The notes beneath the pieces are model-generated. The model was not told the DNA's origin. It searched no databases and worked only from the letters and a program-made list of their open reading frames with translations. Shown here in pieces: positions 17,951 through 27,592 of a DNA stretch of 64,000 nt (the stretch's first letter is position 1; each line of letters begins with the position of its first letter). Both the position numbers and the translations under genes were made by a program. This stretch comes from an uncultured Gemmatimonadales bacterium (GTDB lineage: Bacteria; Gemmatimonadota; Gemmatimonadetes; Gemmatimonadales; GWC2-71-9), in assembly GCA_963728915.1 (NCBI GenBank), contig CAVSLV010000001.1, forward strand, positions 32,001-96,000. The letters are read 5' to 3'.

Positions 17951-18874
17951 TTACGTCTTGAGGGGATTGAGCCCGCTTCGGGTCACCCGGCCAGAGAGCT
18001 CCCGATCGAGCACGGTCTCGCAGGACCGGGCGACTGGAATCAGCCGGTCCATCGCGAGGCCGGTCGCGATCCCCATGGTTTCGAGCAGGTCGACCCAGTC
18101 CTCGGTCACCACGTTCCCGGTGTAGCCCCCGCCGTACTGAATCGTGGCCGGGTGGCCTCCGGCGCCTCCGAACGACGAATCGAAGTTCCGGATCCCCGCG
18201 TCCCAGGCCGCCACGTAGTTCACCAGCCCGGTGCCGCGGGTATCGTGCGCATGCGCCACAAAGGTCAGCTCCGGGTACTCGGTCATAACCCGCTGAAACA
18301 TCGCCCGGGTCGTCAGCGGGGTGGCCATCCCGACGGTGTCCGCCAGGGTGATCCGGGTGACGCCGAGCCGGGCAAATCGCTCGATGTCCCGGTGCACCAC
18401 CGCGGGATCGACGGCGCCTTCGAAGGGGCACCCGAACGCCACCGAGATGACCCCGCTGAGCGCGAAGCTCGCCGCCGCCGCGGCGATCATCTCCTCCACG
18501 TTCTTCCACTGCCCGGCACGGTCCCGCTTGAGGTTCCGTTGGGAATGCGCCTCGGTGGCGGAGACCAGCAGCGAGAGCTCATCCACGCCGGCCTCCGACC
18601 CGCGGTCGGCCAGGGCGCGTTCCACGCCCCGCAGGTTCGGGCAGGTCGCGATCCAGCGGACCGCGGGCCGCCGGGGCAACCCGTGGAGCAGGTCGGTGGC
18701 GTCGCGGAACTGCGGGATGACGCGGGGATTGGCGTAGGAGGTGGCTTCGATGCGGGGGAACCCCAGCTCCAGAAACGCCTCCAGCAGCCGGCGCTTGTCC
18801 TCGGTCGGGACGAAGCGCGCCTCGTGCTGGAGCCCGTCCCGGGCAAAGCACTCGCACAACACCACGTCGCTCAC
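17951..18874 (-). CDS. hydroxymethylglutaryl-CoA lyase-like (DRE-TIM) enzyme
   Basis: ECFARDGLQHE, LADTVG, HAHDT, GNVVTED. Confidence 0.88.
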   Translation of the reverse strand: MSDVVLCECFARDGLQHEARFVPTEDKRRLLEAFLELGFPRIEATSYANPRVIPQFRDATDLLHGLPRRPAVRWIATCPNLRGVERALADRGSEAGVDELSLLVSATEAHSQRNLKRDRAGQWKNVEEMIAAAAASFALSGVISVAFGCPFEGAVDPAVVHRDIERFARLGVTRITLADTVGMATPLTTRAMFQRVMTEYPELTFVAHAHDTRGTGLVNYVAAWDAGIRNFDSSFGGAGGHPATIQYGGGYTGNVVTEDWVDLLETMGIATGLAMDRLIPVARSCETVLDRELSGRVTRSGLNPLKT

Positions 18875-18927
18875 TTCGCGCTCACTCTCCCGGGGAGAAG
18901 CTCAAGTATAACGGGCGCGATTGGGTC

Positions 18928-19995
18928 TCAGATGAGGTGGATCGCGGTGGCTTTGACCGCGACGCTCACCGGAACCCCGGGCGCGAGCGCCATCTCTTCG
19001 GCGGTCACCGTCATCACCGCGGCGACCAGGGCGGTTCCCCCCGCGTCCAGGTGAATCAGGGCCACTGCGGTTTCCCGCTCGATCCGGGTGACGGTCGCGG
19101 CGAACCGGTTGCGGGGCGCCGGTCCCTCGATCGGGTTCCGGCTCAAGGTGAGATCGGCAGGACGCAGGACCGCGAATCCGGCCCCCGGCCGCTCCGCCAC
19201 GACGTCGAGCACCAGGCTTCCGCTCCGGAACCGGGCCGCGAACCGGCCCGTCCCGGGATCGGCCGGGGACACCGGCTCGACGATTCCCCGTAACACGGTC
19301 CCGGTCCCGATGAACTCGGCGACGAACGGCGAGTTGGGGAACCGGAACACCTGCTCCGGCGTTCCCGCCTGCATGATGCGGCCCTCGGCCAGCACCGCCA
19401 CCACGTCGCCCAGCCGCATGGCGTCCTCGAAGTCGTGGGTGACCTGGAGGGTCGTGATGCGTTCGCGCTCGTGCAGGGTGCGAAGCTCGCGACGTAACCC
19501 GCGCCGGGTGGCGGGGTCGACCGCCGCGAACGGCTCGTCCAGGAGCAGAATCGAGGGACGCGGGGCCAGGGCCCGGGCCAGCGCGATCCGCTGCTGCTCT
19601 CCCCCGGACAGGCCATGCATCCCCCGGTCGAGCAGGGGAGCGACCCCGAGCAGGTCCGCCAGCTCCCGAACCCGGGCTGCCCGCGCGCCGGCCCCGACTC
19701 CCCGCAAGCCGTACCCGATGTTCTCCCCCACGGTGAGGTGAGGGAACAGGTGGTAGTGCTGATACACGAAGCCGATCCCGCGCCGCTCCGGCGCCCGGCG
19801 GGTGACTTCCTCGTCCCGCAGCAGGACCCGGCCGGTTCGCAACGGGGCGTGCCCGGCGATCGCCTCGAGCAGGGTCGTCTTGCCGGAGCCGGTCGGGCCG
19901 ATCACCAGTCCGTATCCGCCACGGGGCACCTCGAGGGTGATCTGCTCCAGGACGAAGCCTCCCCGTCGCGCCGAGACGTTCTCGAGCCGAATCAC
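18928..19995 (-). CDS. molybdate/tungstate ABC transporter ATP-binding subunit with TOBE domain
   Basis: GPTGSGKT, LSGGEQQR, LLLDEP, and C-terminal TOBE (RNRF...LAPG...VKATAI). Confidence 0.88.
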   Translation of the reverse strand: MIRLENVSARRGGFVLEQITLEVPRGGYGLVIGPTGSGKTTLLEAIAGHAPLRTGRVLLRDEEVTRRAPERRGIGFVYQHYHLFPHLTVGENIGYGLRGVGAGARAARVRELADLLGVAPLLDRGMHGLSGGEQQRIALARALAPRPSILLLDEPFAAVDPATRRGLRRELRTLHERERITTLQVTHDFEDAMRLGDVVAVLAEGRIMQAGTPEQVFRFPNSPFVAEFIGTGTVLRGIVEPVSPADPGTGRFAARFRSGSLVLDVVAERPGAGFAVLRPADLTLSRNPIEGPAPRNRFAATVTRIERETAVALIHLDAGGTALVAAVMTVTAEEMALAPGVPVSVAVKATAIHLI

Positions 19996-20786
19996 GAAAG
20001 GCGTTCCCGGCCCGGGGCGAGGAACTGGACCACCAGAAAGACCGCCAGGGCGATGAGCAGGAGCACCGCGGCGGCGGGGACCGCGGCGGGCAGGCCGAAC
20101 AAGGTGAAGCGATCGTAGATCAGCACGCTCGCCACCTTGGGATTGTAGGTGAGAATCACGATCGAGCCGAACTCGCTGATGCTCCTGGCCCAGCCCAGCA
20201 CCGCTCCCGCCAGCACTCCGCGACCCGCCAGAGGCAGGGTGATGTGGCGGAAGGCATCCCAGCCGGTATCACCGAGCGTACGGGCCACCCGCTCGAGCTT
20301 GGGATCGATGCTGCGAAACGCCTCCCGCGCCGTGCTGACGACGATCGGCGCGGAGACGAACAGCATGCCCGCCACGATGCCGGGCACGTGATTCACCACC
20401 TCGAGGCCGAATCGGGCGAGCACCGAGCCGATCGCCGATTGCCGTCCGAGGAAGAGCAGCAAGGCGATCCCCGCGACCGGGTGCGGTACCACGACCGGAA
20501 GCTCCACGACTCCTGAGAGAATGCGCGACCCGGGAAAGCGCCGCCGCGCCAGGAGGTAGGCGAGCGGAACCCCCAGGCCCAGGGACAGCACGGTGGCCGC
20601 GGTCGCGGTGACCACGGTGAGCCAGATCGAGCCCACCAGCTCACGATCGCCGAAGGCGGCCGCCAGGCTGGCCGGGCTCGAGTTGAGCAGCAATCGCGCG
20701 AGCGGCCCGGCCACGAAGAGCACGAGCATCGCCGCGAGAATCCAGACCAGGATGGTGCCGGGGGACGGCACGCCGCGCCGAATCAT
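19992..20786 (-). CDS. molybdate/tungstate ABC transporter permease (ModB/WtpB-like)
   Basis: LPVVVPHPVAGIALL, EAA loop (LERVARTLG), WARSISEFG. Confidence 0.88.
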   Translation of the reverse strand: MIRRGVPSPGTILVWILAAMLVLFVAGPLARLLLNSSPASLAAAFGDRELVGSIWLTVVTATAATVLSLGLGVPLAYLLARRRFPGSRILSGVVELPVVVPHPVAGIALLLFLGRQSAIGSVLARFGLEVVNHVPGIVAGMLFVSAPIVVSTAREAFRSIDPKLERVARTLGDTGWDAFRHITLPLAGRGVLAGAVLGWARSISEFGSIVILTYNPKVASVLIYDRFTLFGLPAAVPAAAVLLLIALAVFLVVQFLAPGRERLS

Positions 20787-20802
20787 GGCGGTATATTCTA
20801 CC
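20787..20802. promoter_or_regulatory. overlapping divergent -10 elements for two leaderless genes
   Basis: 16-bp gap with TATATT on + (5 nt before ATG 20803) and TAGAAT on - (8 nt before ATG 20786). No SD on either side. Confidence 0.6.
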
Positions 20803-21690
20803 ATGCGCGTCTCCTTTCTCGGTTTGGGCGCCATCGGAACGCCGATGGCCGCGCGCCTCGCCACCCGTCACGAGCTTACCGTCTGGAATCGCACCGCCGA
20901 GCGGGCTCGCGCCTTCGCGGCCGAGCATCCGGCGCGGGTCGCCGCGACGCCGCGCGAAGCCGCGACCGGGGCGGACGCCGTCATCACCTGTCTTCCCACC
21001 TCGGCGGATGTCGAGCGGCTGCTCGACGGCGGGGACGGCCTGGAGGGGGGGCTCGCCCGCGGCGCGCTCTTTCTCGATTGCACCTCGGGCGATGCCGCGA
21101 CCAGCCGCCGGATCGCCGAACGGCTCGCCGCCCGTGGGGTGGAGTTCGCCGACGCGCCGGTGAGCGGCGGCACCAACGGGGCCGCATCCGGTGTCCTGAC
21201 GGTGATGGTCGGCGGGGATCCCAGGGTGTTCGAGCGCGCCAAGCCGCTGCTCGAAGCCTTCGGGAAGCGCATCGTCCACATGGGACCGCTCGGCGCGGGC
21301 GACGCCATGAAGGCGGTCAACAATACCCTGCTCGCCGTGAATATCCTCGCGCTCTCCGAAGGGCTGACCGGACTCGTGAAAGCGGGCGTTCCCCCCCGGG
21401 TCGCGGTCGAGACCCTGAACGCTTCGAGCGGCCGCTCGTTCGTGAGTGAGAGCCTGATTCCCGAGCGAGTGCTCACGGGCGCCTGGCCGGTGACGTTCCG
21501 GCTCGCCCTGCTCGACAAGGATGTCGGCATCTGTCTGGGGCAGCTCGCCGAGCTTGGCATTCCGGCGCCGCTGCTCGAGCGGGCCGCCGAGCTGCTGCAT
21601 CGGGCCCGGGAGGAGCTGGGTGAGGGGGCCGATTACCTGGCCCCCATTCGGGCGCAGGAGCGCCGCACCGGGGTGGAAATCCGGGGGTGA
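20803..21690 (+). CDS. NAD(P)-dependent oxidoreductase, 3-hydroxyisobutyrate dehydrogenase family
   Basis: MRVSFLGLGAIGTPMA, DAPVSGG, MVGG, KAVNN, KDVG. Confidence 0.92.
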   Translation: MRVSFLGLGAIGTPMAARLATRHELTVWNRTAERARAFAAEHPARVAATPREAATGADAVITCLPTSADVERLLDGGDGLEGGLARGALFLDCTSGDAATSRRIAERLAARGVEFADAPVSGGTNGAASGVLTVMVGGDPRVFERAKPLLEAFGKRIVHMGPLGAGDAMKAVNNTLLAVNILALSEGLTGLVKAGVPPRVAVETLNASSGRSFVSESLIPERVLTGAWPVTFRLALLDKDVGICLGQLAELGIPAPLLERAAELLHRAREELGEGADYLAPIRAQERRTGVEIRG

Positions 21691-22460
21691 GCCCACCGAT
21701 CCTGGTCCTGGTGGGAACCCAGGACATCGTGAACATCGCCGGCGCGGTGCGGCTGGCCAGCAATTTCGGGCTCGACACCATGCGACTGGTGGCGCCCCGG
21801 ATCTTCGATCCCTGGCGGATCGAGGGCATCGCTCATAACACGGCCGATTTCGTGTCCCGCATCACCGTGCACGGCACCTTCGAGGAGGCCGTGGCCGACT
21901 GCATGTTCGTCGCCGGTCTCACCGCACGGGAGCGTACCGCCAAACGGCGGACCCTGCGGCCCCGCGCCGCCGCGGCCGAGCTGATGGATCGGGCCCCGGA
22001 GGGCCCCGTCGCGGTGGTGGCAGGCCGGGAAGACAGCGGTCTCACCAACGAAGAGCTGGACCGCTGTCACGCCCTGGTCACCATCCCCACCGCCCCCGAC
22101 CATCGATCCCTGAACCTCGCCCAGGCGGTCGGCATCATGGTGTATGAGGCATGGCTCGCCCGGGGAGGGGAAGCCGGCGGGCTCAAGCCACCGCGCCGGA
22201 GCGCGCCCCGAGCGCCGGCGGCGAAACTCGAACTCTTGTTTCGGGATTGGGAGCGGTCGCTCTGGGCCATCGAGTTTTTCAAGACCCGGCAGCCCGAGAT
22301 CGTCATGCGATCGGTGCGGGAGGCCTTCTTCCGAGCCGATCTGGACTGGCGGGAGGCCTCCCTGTTGCGGGCGATGGCCCTGGAAACGGTGCGTTATCTG
22401 GAGCGCCAGGGCACCCCATTCGATTTGCCGGAACAGTTGCGCGATGTGGGGAGGGAATAA
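21687..22460 (+). CDS. SpoU/TrmJ-family RNA methyltransferase
   Basis: NIAGAVRLASNFG, GREDSGLTNEEL, IPT...SLNLAQAV. Confidence 0.9.
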   Translation: MSPPILVLVGTQDIVNIAGAVRLASNFGLDTMRLVAPRIFDPWRIEGIAHNTADFVSRITVHGTFEEAVADCMFVAGLTARERTAKRRTLRPRAAAAELMDRAPEGPVAVVAGREDSGLTNEELDRCHALVTIPTAPDHRSLNLAQAVGIMVYEAWLARGGEAGGLKPPRRSAPRAPAAKLELLFRDWERSLWAIEFFKTRQPEIVMRSVREAFFRADLDWREASLLRAMALETVRYLERQGTPFDLPEQLRDVGRE

Positions 22461-22541
22461 ACCGAGTCGGCTACTTCCATGCGCCGACCGCTCCGTATAT
22501 TTTCGCTCGTCCCTTACTCCTTCACGCTCCGGAACTTACGC

Positions 22542-23153
22542 ATGCGCAAGCTGGTAGTCGCCGGAGGGATTACGAGCCTGGCCGCCCTGGTCCTGCTCGT
22601 ACCGTCGCTTCGTCGATCGACAACCCAGCAGCCGGCCACCCCGGCGCGTCCTGACTCGGCCATCGCGCCGAAGCTGACCGCCGCCGACTCCGGCATGCTC
22701 CAGGGACCGCGCCAGCCGATCTTCTTCCGCCACGACATCCACGCCGGGCAGTACAAGATCCCCTGCCAGTATTGCCATTACACGGTGGGAGTCTCGACCG
22801 AGCCGGGCATCCCCTCGGTGCAGACCTGTATGGGCTGCCACGCGGTGATTTCCGGAACCGACAGCACCGATCGCAAGGAGATCCAGAAGCTGCGTCAGTT
22901 CTGGAGCGACAGCGCCAATACCCAGGCGCCCCGGCTCGAGTGGGTGCGCATTCATGCCCTGGCGCGGTTCGCTCATTTCCCCCATATGCGGCACATCAAG
23001 GCGATGGGGGTGAATGCCTGTCAGACCTGCCACGGCGATATCGCCCGGATGCCACAGGTCTATCGGGTGAACACCGTGACCAACATGGGCTTCTGCATCA
23101 CCTGCCACCTGCAGCGCAACGTGAACCGGGACTGCACCGCATGCCACTACTAG
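22542..23153 (+). CDS. actA: alternative complex III pentaheme cytochrome c subunit A
   Basis: N-terminal anchor, QPIFFRHDIHAG, five CxxCH motifs (CQYCH, CMGCH, CQTCH, CITCH, CTACH), C-terminal CHY. Confidence 0.92.
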   Translation: MRKLVVAGGITSLAALVLLVPSLRRSTTQQPATPARPDSAIAPKLTAADSGMLQGPRQPIFFRHDIHAGQYKIPCQYCHYTVGVSTEPGIPSVQTCMGCHAVISGTDSTDRKEIQKLRQFWSDSANTQAPRLEWVRIHALARFAHFPHMRHIKAMGVNACQTCHGDIARMPQVYRVNTVTNMGFCITCHLQRNVNRDCTACHY

Positions 23154-23204
23154 ACCAGCTGCGAGGTGTGAGGGGTGAGGCGCTGGGGAAGGGGATGCGA
23201 AGCC

Positions 23205-26200
23205 GTGAGTAGTGAACTGACGCGTCACCCCCCGGACCTCGCAGCCCCGGTCGATCGCCGCCGCTTTCTCCAGGTGCTCGGCGTCACCACCGCGGGCACC
23301 GCGGCCCTCGCCGGGTGCGATACCGGACGCATCGAGAAGCTGGTGCCCTATCTGGTGCAGTCGGAGGAGCAGGTTCCCGGCATCCCGACCTGGTACGCCT
23401 CCACCTGTACCGAATGCCCGGCGGGCTGCGGCATCCACGTGAAGACCCGGGAAGCCCGGGCGATCAAGCTCGAGGGCAATCCGGCGCATCCCATCAATGC
23501 CGGAACCCTGTGCCAGCGGGGCCAGGCCGCGCTCCAAGGGCTCTACAACCCGGACCGCATCCCGGGACCGCGGGCCTCCTCAGGGCCGGGCGGTTTCGAG
23601 GGAATACTCTGGAACGAGGGTATCGATCGTCTCGCCGGCCAGCTCGGGCAGCATCACGGCGCAGTCGCGGTGATCAGCGGGGCGGGCCCCGGCACGTTCG
23701 ACACGCTCCTCGCCGCCCTGACCGAATCGGTCGGCGGAACCCTGCTGCGCTACCAGCCGTTCGACCGGAGCGCCGAGCGGATGGGATACGCCCGAGTCTT
23801 CGGGCTCGACGAAGTACCGGCCTATGACTTCGGGCGGGCCCGCTACATCCTGTCGCTCGGGGCCGATTTCCTGGAAACCTGGGGATCGGTGGTCGAGAAT
23901 CAGCGCGGCTTTGCCCAGTCCCATGGCTGGAGCAAGGAGGGCATGGCGCGCCACGTGTACGTCGGTCCCCGGATGAACCTGACCGGGATGAACGCCGACG
24001 AGTGGCACCCGGTGGTTCCGGGCACCGAGACCCTGCTCGCGCTGGGCATGGCGAACGTGATCCTCGCCGAACGAACCACCGTGCCGCAGGACGCGTTCGC
24101 GCTTCGCTCCGCGCTCGAGGGATACACTCCCGAACGGGTCGCCACGGAAACCAGCCTCACCCCGGACCTGGTCCGGAAGCTCGCGCGGGAGTTCGTCTCC
24201 GCGAGCCCGAGTCTCGCCGTGGCCGGGGGGATCGGGTCGCAGCATCGGGGCGCGGTGGACCTTTGCGCCGCGGTTGCGATCCTGAACTATGTCGCCGGCA
24301 ACGTGGGCCAGACGGTCCGCTTTGGCGCCGGGCTGCCCGCCTGGGATGACTATGGCGCCATGGAGCGTCTCATCGGACGGATGAACGCGGGGGAGATCCA
24401 GGTCCTCCTGGTGCACGAAGCCAACCCCGCCTACGCCCTCCCCGCCAAGGCCGGCTTCGCGGAAGCCATGGCCAACGTGCCCTTCAAGGTGAGCACGTCG
24501 CTTTTCCTCGATGAGACCGCCGCGCGGTGTGACCTGCTGCTGCCCGGGCACCATGCCCTGGAACGCTGGGATGACGCCGTTCCCCGTCAGGGAGTGCGCG
24601 GCCTCATGCAACCGGTCATGACCCCGGTGTTCGATACCAGGCCTACCGGCGACGTCCTGCTTGCGGTGGGAAAGAAGCTCGGTCCTAACCCGGCCTTCGC
24701 GGCCCCGAGCTATGAGGCCCACCTGAAACAGGGGTGGGCCGGCCTGGCGCCGCGGGGAGCCGACCCGGAACAGTTCTGGCGCGAGGCGCTCCAGCACGGA
24801 GGCCTGTTCGCCGGCTCGGAGCCCTCCGCCGGTCCGCCGGTCCGCCTGTCCTCCCCGACCTCGCTGACCTCTCCGACCACTCCGGCCTTCGATGGCGACG
24901 GCGAGTTCTTCCTGGTGCCGGCGCCCAGCTCGATGTACTACGACGGACGCGGGGCGAACAAACCCTGGCTGCTCGAGAACCCCGACCCGGTCACCAAGAT
25001 CACCTGGGATTCCTGGGTCGAGGTCCATCCTGAAACGGCCCGCCGGCTCGACGTCCGGGAAGGCGAGCTCGTCCAGGTCCGCTCTCCCAACGGGATGCTC
25101 GAAGTCCCGGTGTACGTCTACCCCGGGATCCGGCCCGATACCGTGGCCATGCCGCTTGGCCTCGGTCACACCGAGTACGGACAGTACGCCCGCGGCACCG
25201 GGGTCAACCCGCTGGACCTGCTCTCGGGCGCCGACGGTCAGGGTTTCCTGCCCTACCTGTCGGTGAAGGTCTCGCTCACCACGACGCGCGGCTATCGGAA
25301 GCTCTCCAAGACCGAAGGGAATCCCCGTCAGCTGGGCCGCCACATCGCCCTGCGGATGCCCTCGGCCGACGCGGCCAGGGGAATGACCGTCGAGGAGTCT
25401 CTGCGGCAGCTGGGCGAGGCGGAGCACGAGGTCAACACCGAGTCCGAGGTCGAAGCCATCGCCGGATTCCGCGAGTCGGTCCTGGAGAAGCGGAAACACG
25501 GCGCCTATGCCGAGGAGCACCCCCGCTGGGGCATGGCGATCGACCTCTCCCGTTGCACCGGCTGCTCCGCCTGCGTGACCGCGTGTTATGCGGAGAACAA
25601 TCTGCCCTGGGTGGGCCGGGATCAGGTCGCGATCGGCCGGGAAATGAGCTGGATGCGGATCGAGCGCTACTTCGAAGGAGGGGACGACCCGTCCGAGCCT
25701 TTCCGGGCCCAGGTCGTGCCCATGCTGTGCCAGCACTGCGAGAACGCTCCCTGCGAGCCGGTCTGTCCGGTCTACGCCGCCTACCACACGCCCGACGGGC
25801 TCAACGGCCAGGTCTACAACCGCTGCGTCGGTACCCGCTACTGCAGCAACAACTGCCCCTACAAGGTCCGCTACTTCAACTGGTTCCCCTTTGCCAAGCG
25901 GGCCTTCCAGGCTCCCCTGAATCTCCAGCTCAATCCGGACGTCACGGTGCGGGCCCGGGGGGTAATGGAGAAATGCACCATGTGTATCCAGCGGATCCGG
26001 GGGGCCCAACACCAGGCCCGCCTGGAAGACCGCGCCCTGGCCGACGGAGAGATCCAGACTGCCTGCCAGCAGGCATGTCCCTCCGGGGCGATCGTCTTCG
26101 GCAACGTGAATGATCCGTCCAGCCGGGTGGTGCAGGCCAAGCAGGATCCTCGCGGGTATCACGTGCTGGAGGACCTGAACACCCGGTCGAGTATCACGTA

Positions 26201-26222
26201 TCTCGCCAAGGTGGACGCATGA
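23205..26222 (+). CDS. actB: alternative complex III subunit B (molybdopterin-oxidoreductase-like domain fused to a 4Fe-4S ferredoxin domain)
   Basis: Tat motif DRRRFL plus lipobox ALAGC; KLEGNPAHP; NKPWLLENPDP; CTGCSACVTAC, CQHCENAPCEPVC, CVGTRYCSNNCP, KCTMC...ACQQAC. Confidence 0.93.
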   Translation: MSSELTRHPPDLAAPVDRRRFLQVLGVTTAGTAALAGCDTGRIEKLVPYLVQSEEQVPGIPTWYASTCTECPAGCGIHVKTREARAIKLEGNPAHPINAGTLCQRGQAALQGLYNPDRIPGPRASSGPGGFEGILWNEGIDRLAGQLGQHHGAVAVISGAGPGTFDTLLAALTESVGGTLLRYQPFDRSAERMGYARVFGLDEVPAYDFGRARYILSLGADFLETWGSVVENQRGFAQSHGWSKEGMARHVYVGPRMNLTGMNADEWHPVVPGTETLLALGMANVILAERTTVPQDAFALRSALEGYTPERVATETSLTPDLVRKLAREFVSASPSLAVAGGIGSQHRGAVDLCAAVAILNYVAGNVGQTVRFGAGLPAWDDYGAMERLIGRMNAGEIQVLLVHEANPAYALPAKAGFAEAMANVPFKVSTSLFLDETAARCDLLLPGHHALERWDDAVPRQGVRGLMQPVMTPVFDTRPTGDVLLAVGKKLGPNPAFAAPSYEAHLKQGWAGLAPRGADPEQFWREALQHGGLFAGSEPSAGPPVRLSSPTSLTSPTTPAFDGDGEFFLVPAPSSMYYDGRGANKPWLLENPDPVTKITWDSWVEVHPETARRLDVREGELVQVRSPNGMLEVPVYVYPGIRPDTVAMPLGLGHTEYGQYARGTGVNPLDLLSGADGQGFLPYLSVKVSLTTTRGYRKLSKTEGNPRQLGRHIALRMPSADAARGMTVEESLRQLGEAEHEVNTESEVEAIAGFRESVLEKRKHGAYAEEHPRWGMAIDLSRCTGCSACVTACYAENNLPWVGRDQVAIGREMSWMRIERYFEGGDDPSEPFRAQVVPMLCQHCENAPCEPVCPVYAAYHTPDGLNGQVYNRCVGTRYCSNNCPYKVRYFNWFPFAKRAFQAPLNLQLNPDVTVRARGVMEKCTMCIQRIRGAQHQARLEDRALADGEIQTACQQACPSGAIVFGNVNDPSSRVVQAKQDPRGYHVLEDLNTRSSITYLAKVDA

Positions 26223-27592
26223 CCGCCGTCGCCCAGCCTGCCCGGCGTCGGGAACCCCACACTCCGACCCAGACCCACGCCGAGGTCACCCGGGACGTCC
26301 TCGCGACCCTGGCCACTCCGAACCGGGGCTACTACTTCGCCCTGTTCGGGGCGATCGCGATGTTCCTGGTCGGCGCGGTCACCTTCGTCCTGCTGCTCAA
26401 GAACGGGCTGGGCCTGGCGGGCTACCAGCCGCCGGTGATGTGGAACGTGTACATCACCAACTTCGTGTTCTGGATCGGCATCGGACACGCGGGCACGCTG
26501 ATCTCGGCGATTCTCTTCCTGTTCCGCTCGCCCTGGCGAACCGTGGTCTACCGGTCCACCGAGGCCATGACCGTGTTCGCGGTCATGACCGCGGCGCTGT
26601 TCCCGATCATCCACATCGGCCGGCAGTGGATCTTCTACTGGCTGCTGCCCTATCCCAACCAGCGGTTCCTCTGGCCCAACTTCAAGTCGCCGCTCCTCTG
26701 GGACGTCTTCGCGATCACCACCTACTTCACCGTCTCCACCACGTTCCTGATCCTCGGCCTCATTCCCGACGTGGCGGCGATCCGCGACAAGATGAGCGGC
26801 TGGCGCAAGCAGATCTACAGCATGCTGTCGCTGGGCTGGACCGGCGCCAACAGCCAGTGGCGCCACTATACCCGCGGCTATCTCTACCTCGCTGCCCTGG
26901 CGACCCCGCTGGTCCTCTCGGTGCACTCGGTGGTGTCCTGGGATTTCGCGATGGGGATCGTGCCGGGCTGGCACGGGACCATCTTCGCGCCGTACTTCGT
27001 GGCCGGGGCCATCTACTCGGGGATCGGGATGGTGCTCACCCTCCTGATTCCGCTCCGCAAGGCGCTCAAGCTCGAGCACATGCTCACCGAGTACCATTTC
27101 GACAATCTCGGCAAGCTGACTCTGCTCACCGGCTCGATCCTGTTCTATGCCTACGCGATGGAGTATTTCGTCGCCTGGTACAGTGGCAACGCCTACGAGC
27201 AGACCACCTTCTTCCGCCGGGCCTTCGGCCCGCTCTGGTGGGCCGGCTGGACCATGATTCTCTGCAACGCCGGGGTGAGCCAGCTCCTCTGGTTCCGGAA
27301 GATCCGCACCAACACCACGGCGCTGTTTCTGGTCTCGTTGTTCATCAACCTCGGCATGTGGTTCGAGCGCTTCGTCATCATTTCCTCCTCGCTCAGTAAC
27401 GATTTCGTGCCCTACGCCTGGGCGAACGTCCGGGTGAGCTGGGCCGACTGGGGCATCCTGATCGGCTCGTTCGGATGGTTCCTGATGTACTTCCTGCTGT
27501 TCGCCCGGACCTTCCCGGTCGTGGCGATCCAGGAGGTCAAGGAGATGATCCCCTATCCGCGGAAGCGCGCCGCCGAGCGAGGTGCCCATTGA
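26219..27592 (+). CDS. actC: alternative complex III quinol-oxidising NrfD-family subunit C
   Basis: NFVFWIGIGHAGTLISA, WPNFKSPLLWDVFAI, SVHSVVSWDFA, GMWFERFVI. Confidence 0.95.
   Translation: MTAVAQPARRREPHTPTQTHAEVTRDVLATLATPNRGYYFALFGAIAMFLVGAVTFVLLLKNGLGLAGYQPPVMWNVYITNFVFWIGIGHAGTLISAILFLFRSPWRTVVYRSTEAMTVFAVMTAALFPIIHIGRQWIFYWLLPYPNQRFLWPNFKSPLLWDVFAITTYFTVSTTFLILGLIPDVAAIRDKMSGWRKQIYSMLSLGWTGANSQWRHYTRGYLYLAALATPLVLSVHSVVSWDFAMGIVPGWHGTIFAPYFVAGAIYSGIGMVLTLLIPLRKALKLEHMLTEYHFDNLGKLTLLTGSILFYAYAMEYFVAWYSGNAYEQTTFFRRAFGPLWWAGWTMILCNAGVSQLLWFRKIRTNTTALFLVSLFINLGMWFERFVIISSSLSNDFVPYAWANVRVSWADWGILIGSFGWFLMYFLLFARTFPVVAIQEVKEMIPYPRKRAAERGAH

Noticed and set aside
23205..27592. Polysulfide/tetrathionate reductase or Nrf system
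   Set aside because: The fused B subunit and the full A-B-C-D-E-F order with ActC/D/F signatures identify alternative complex III.
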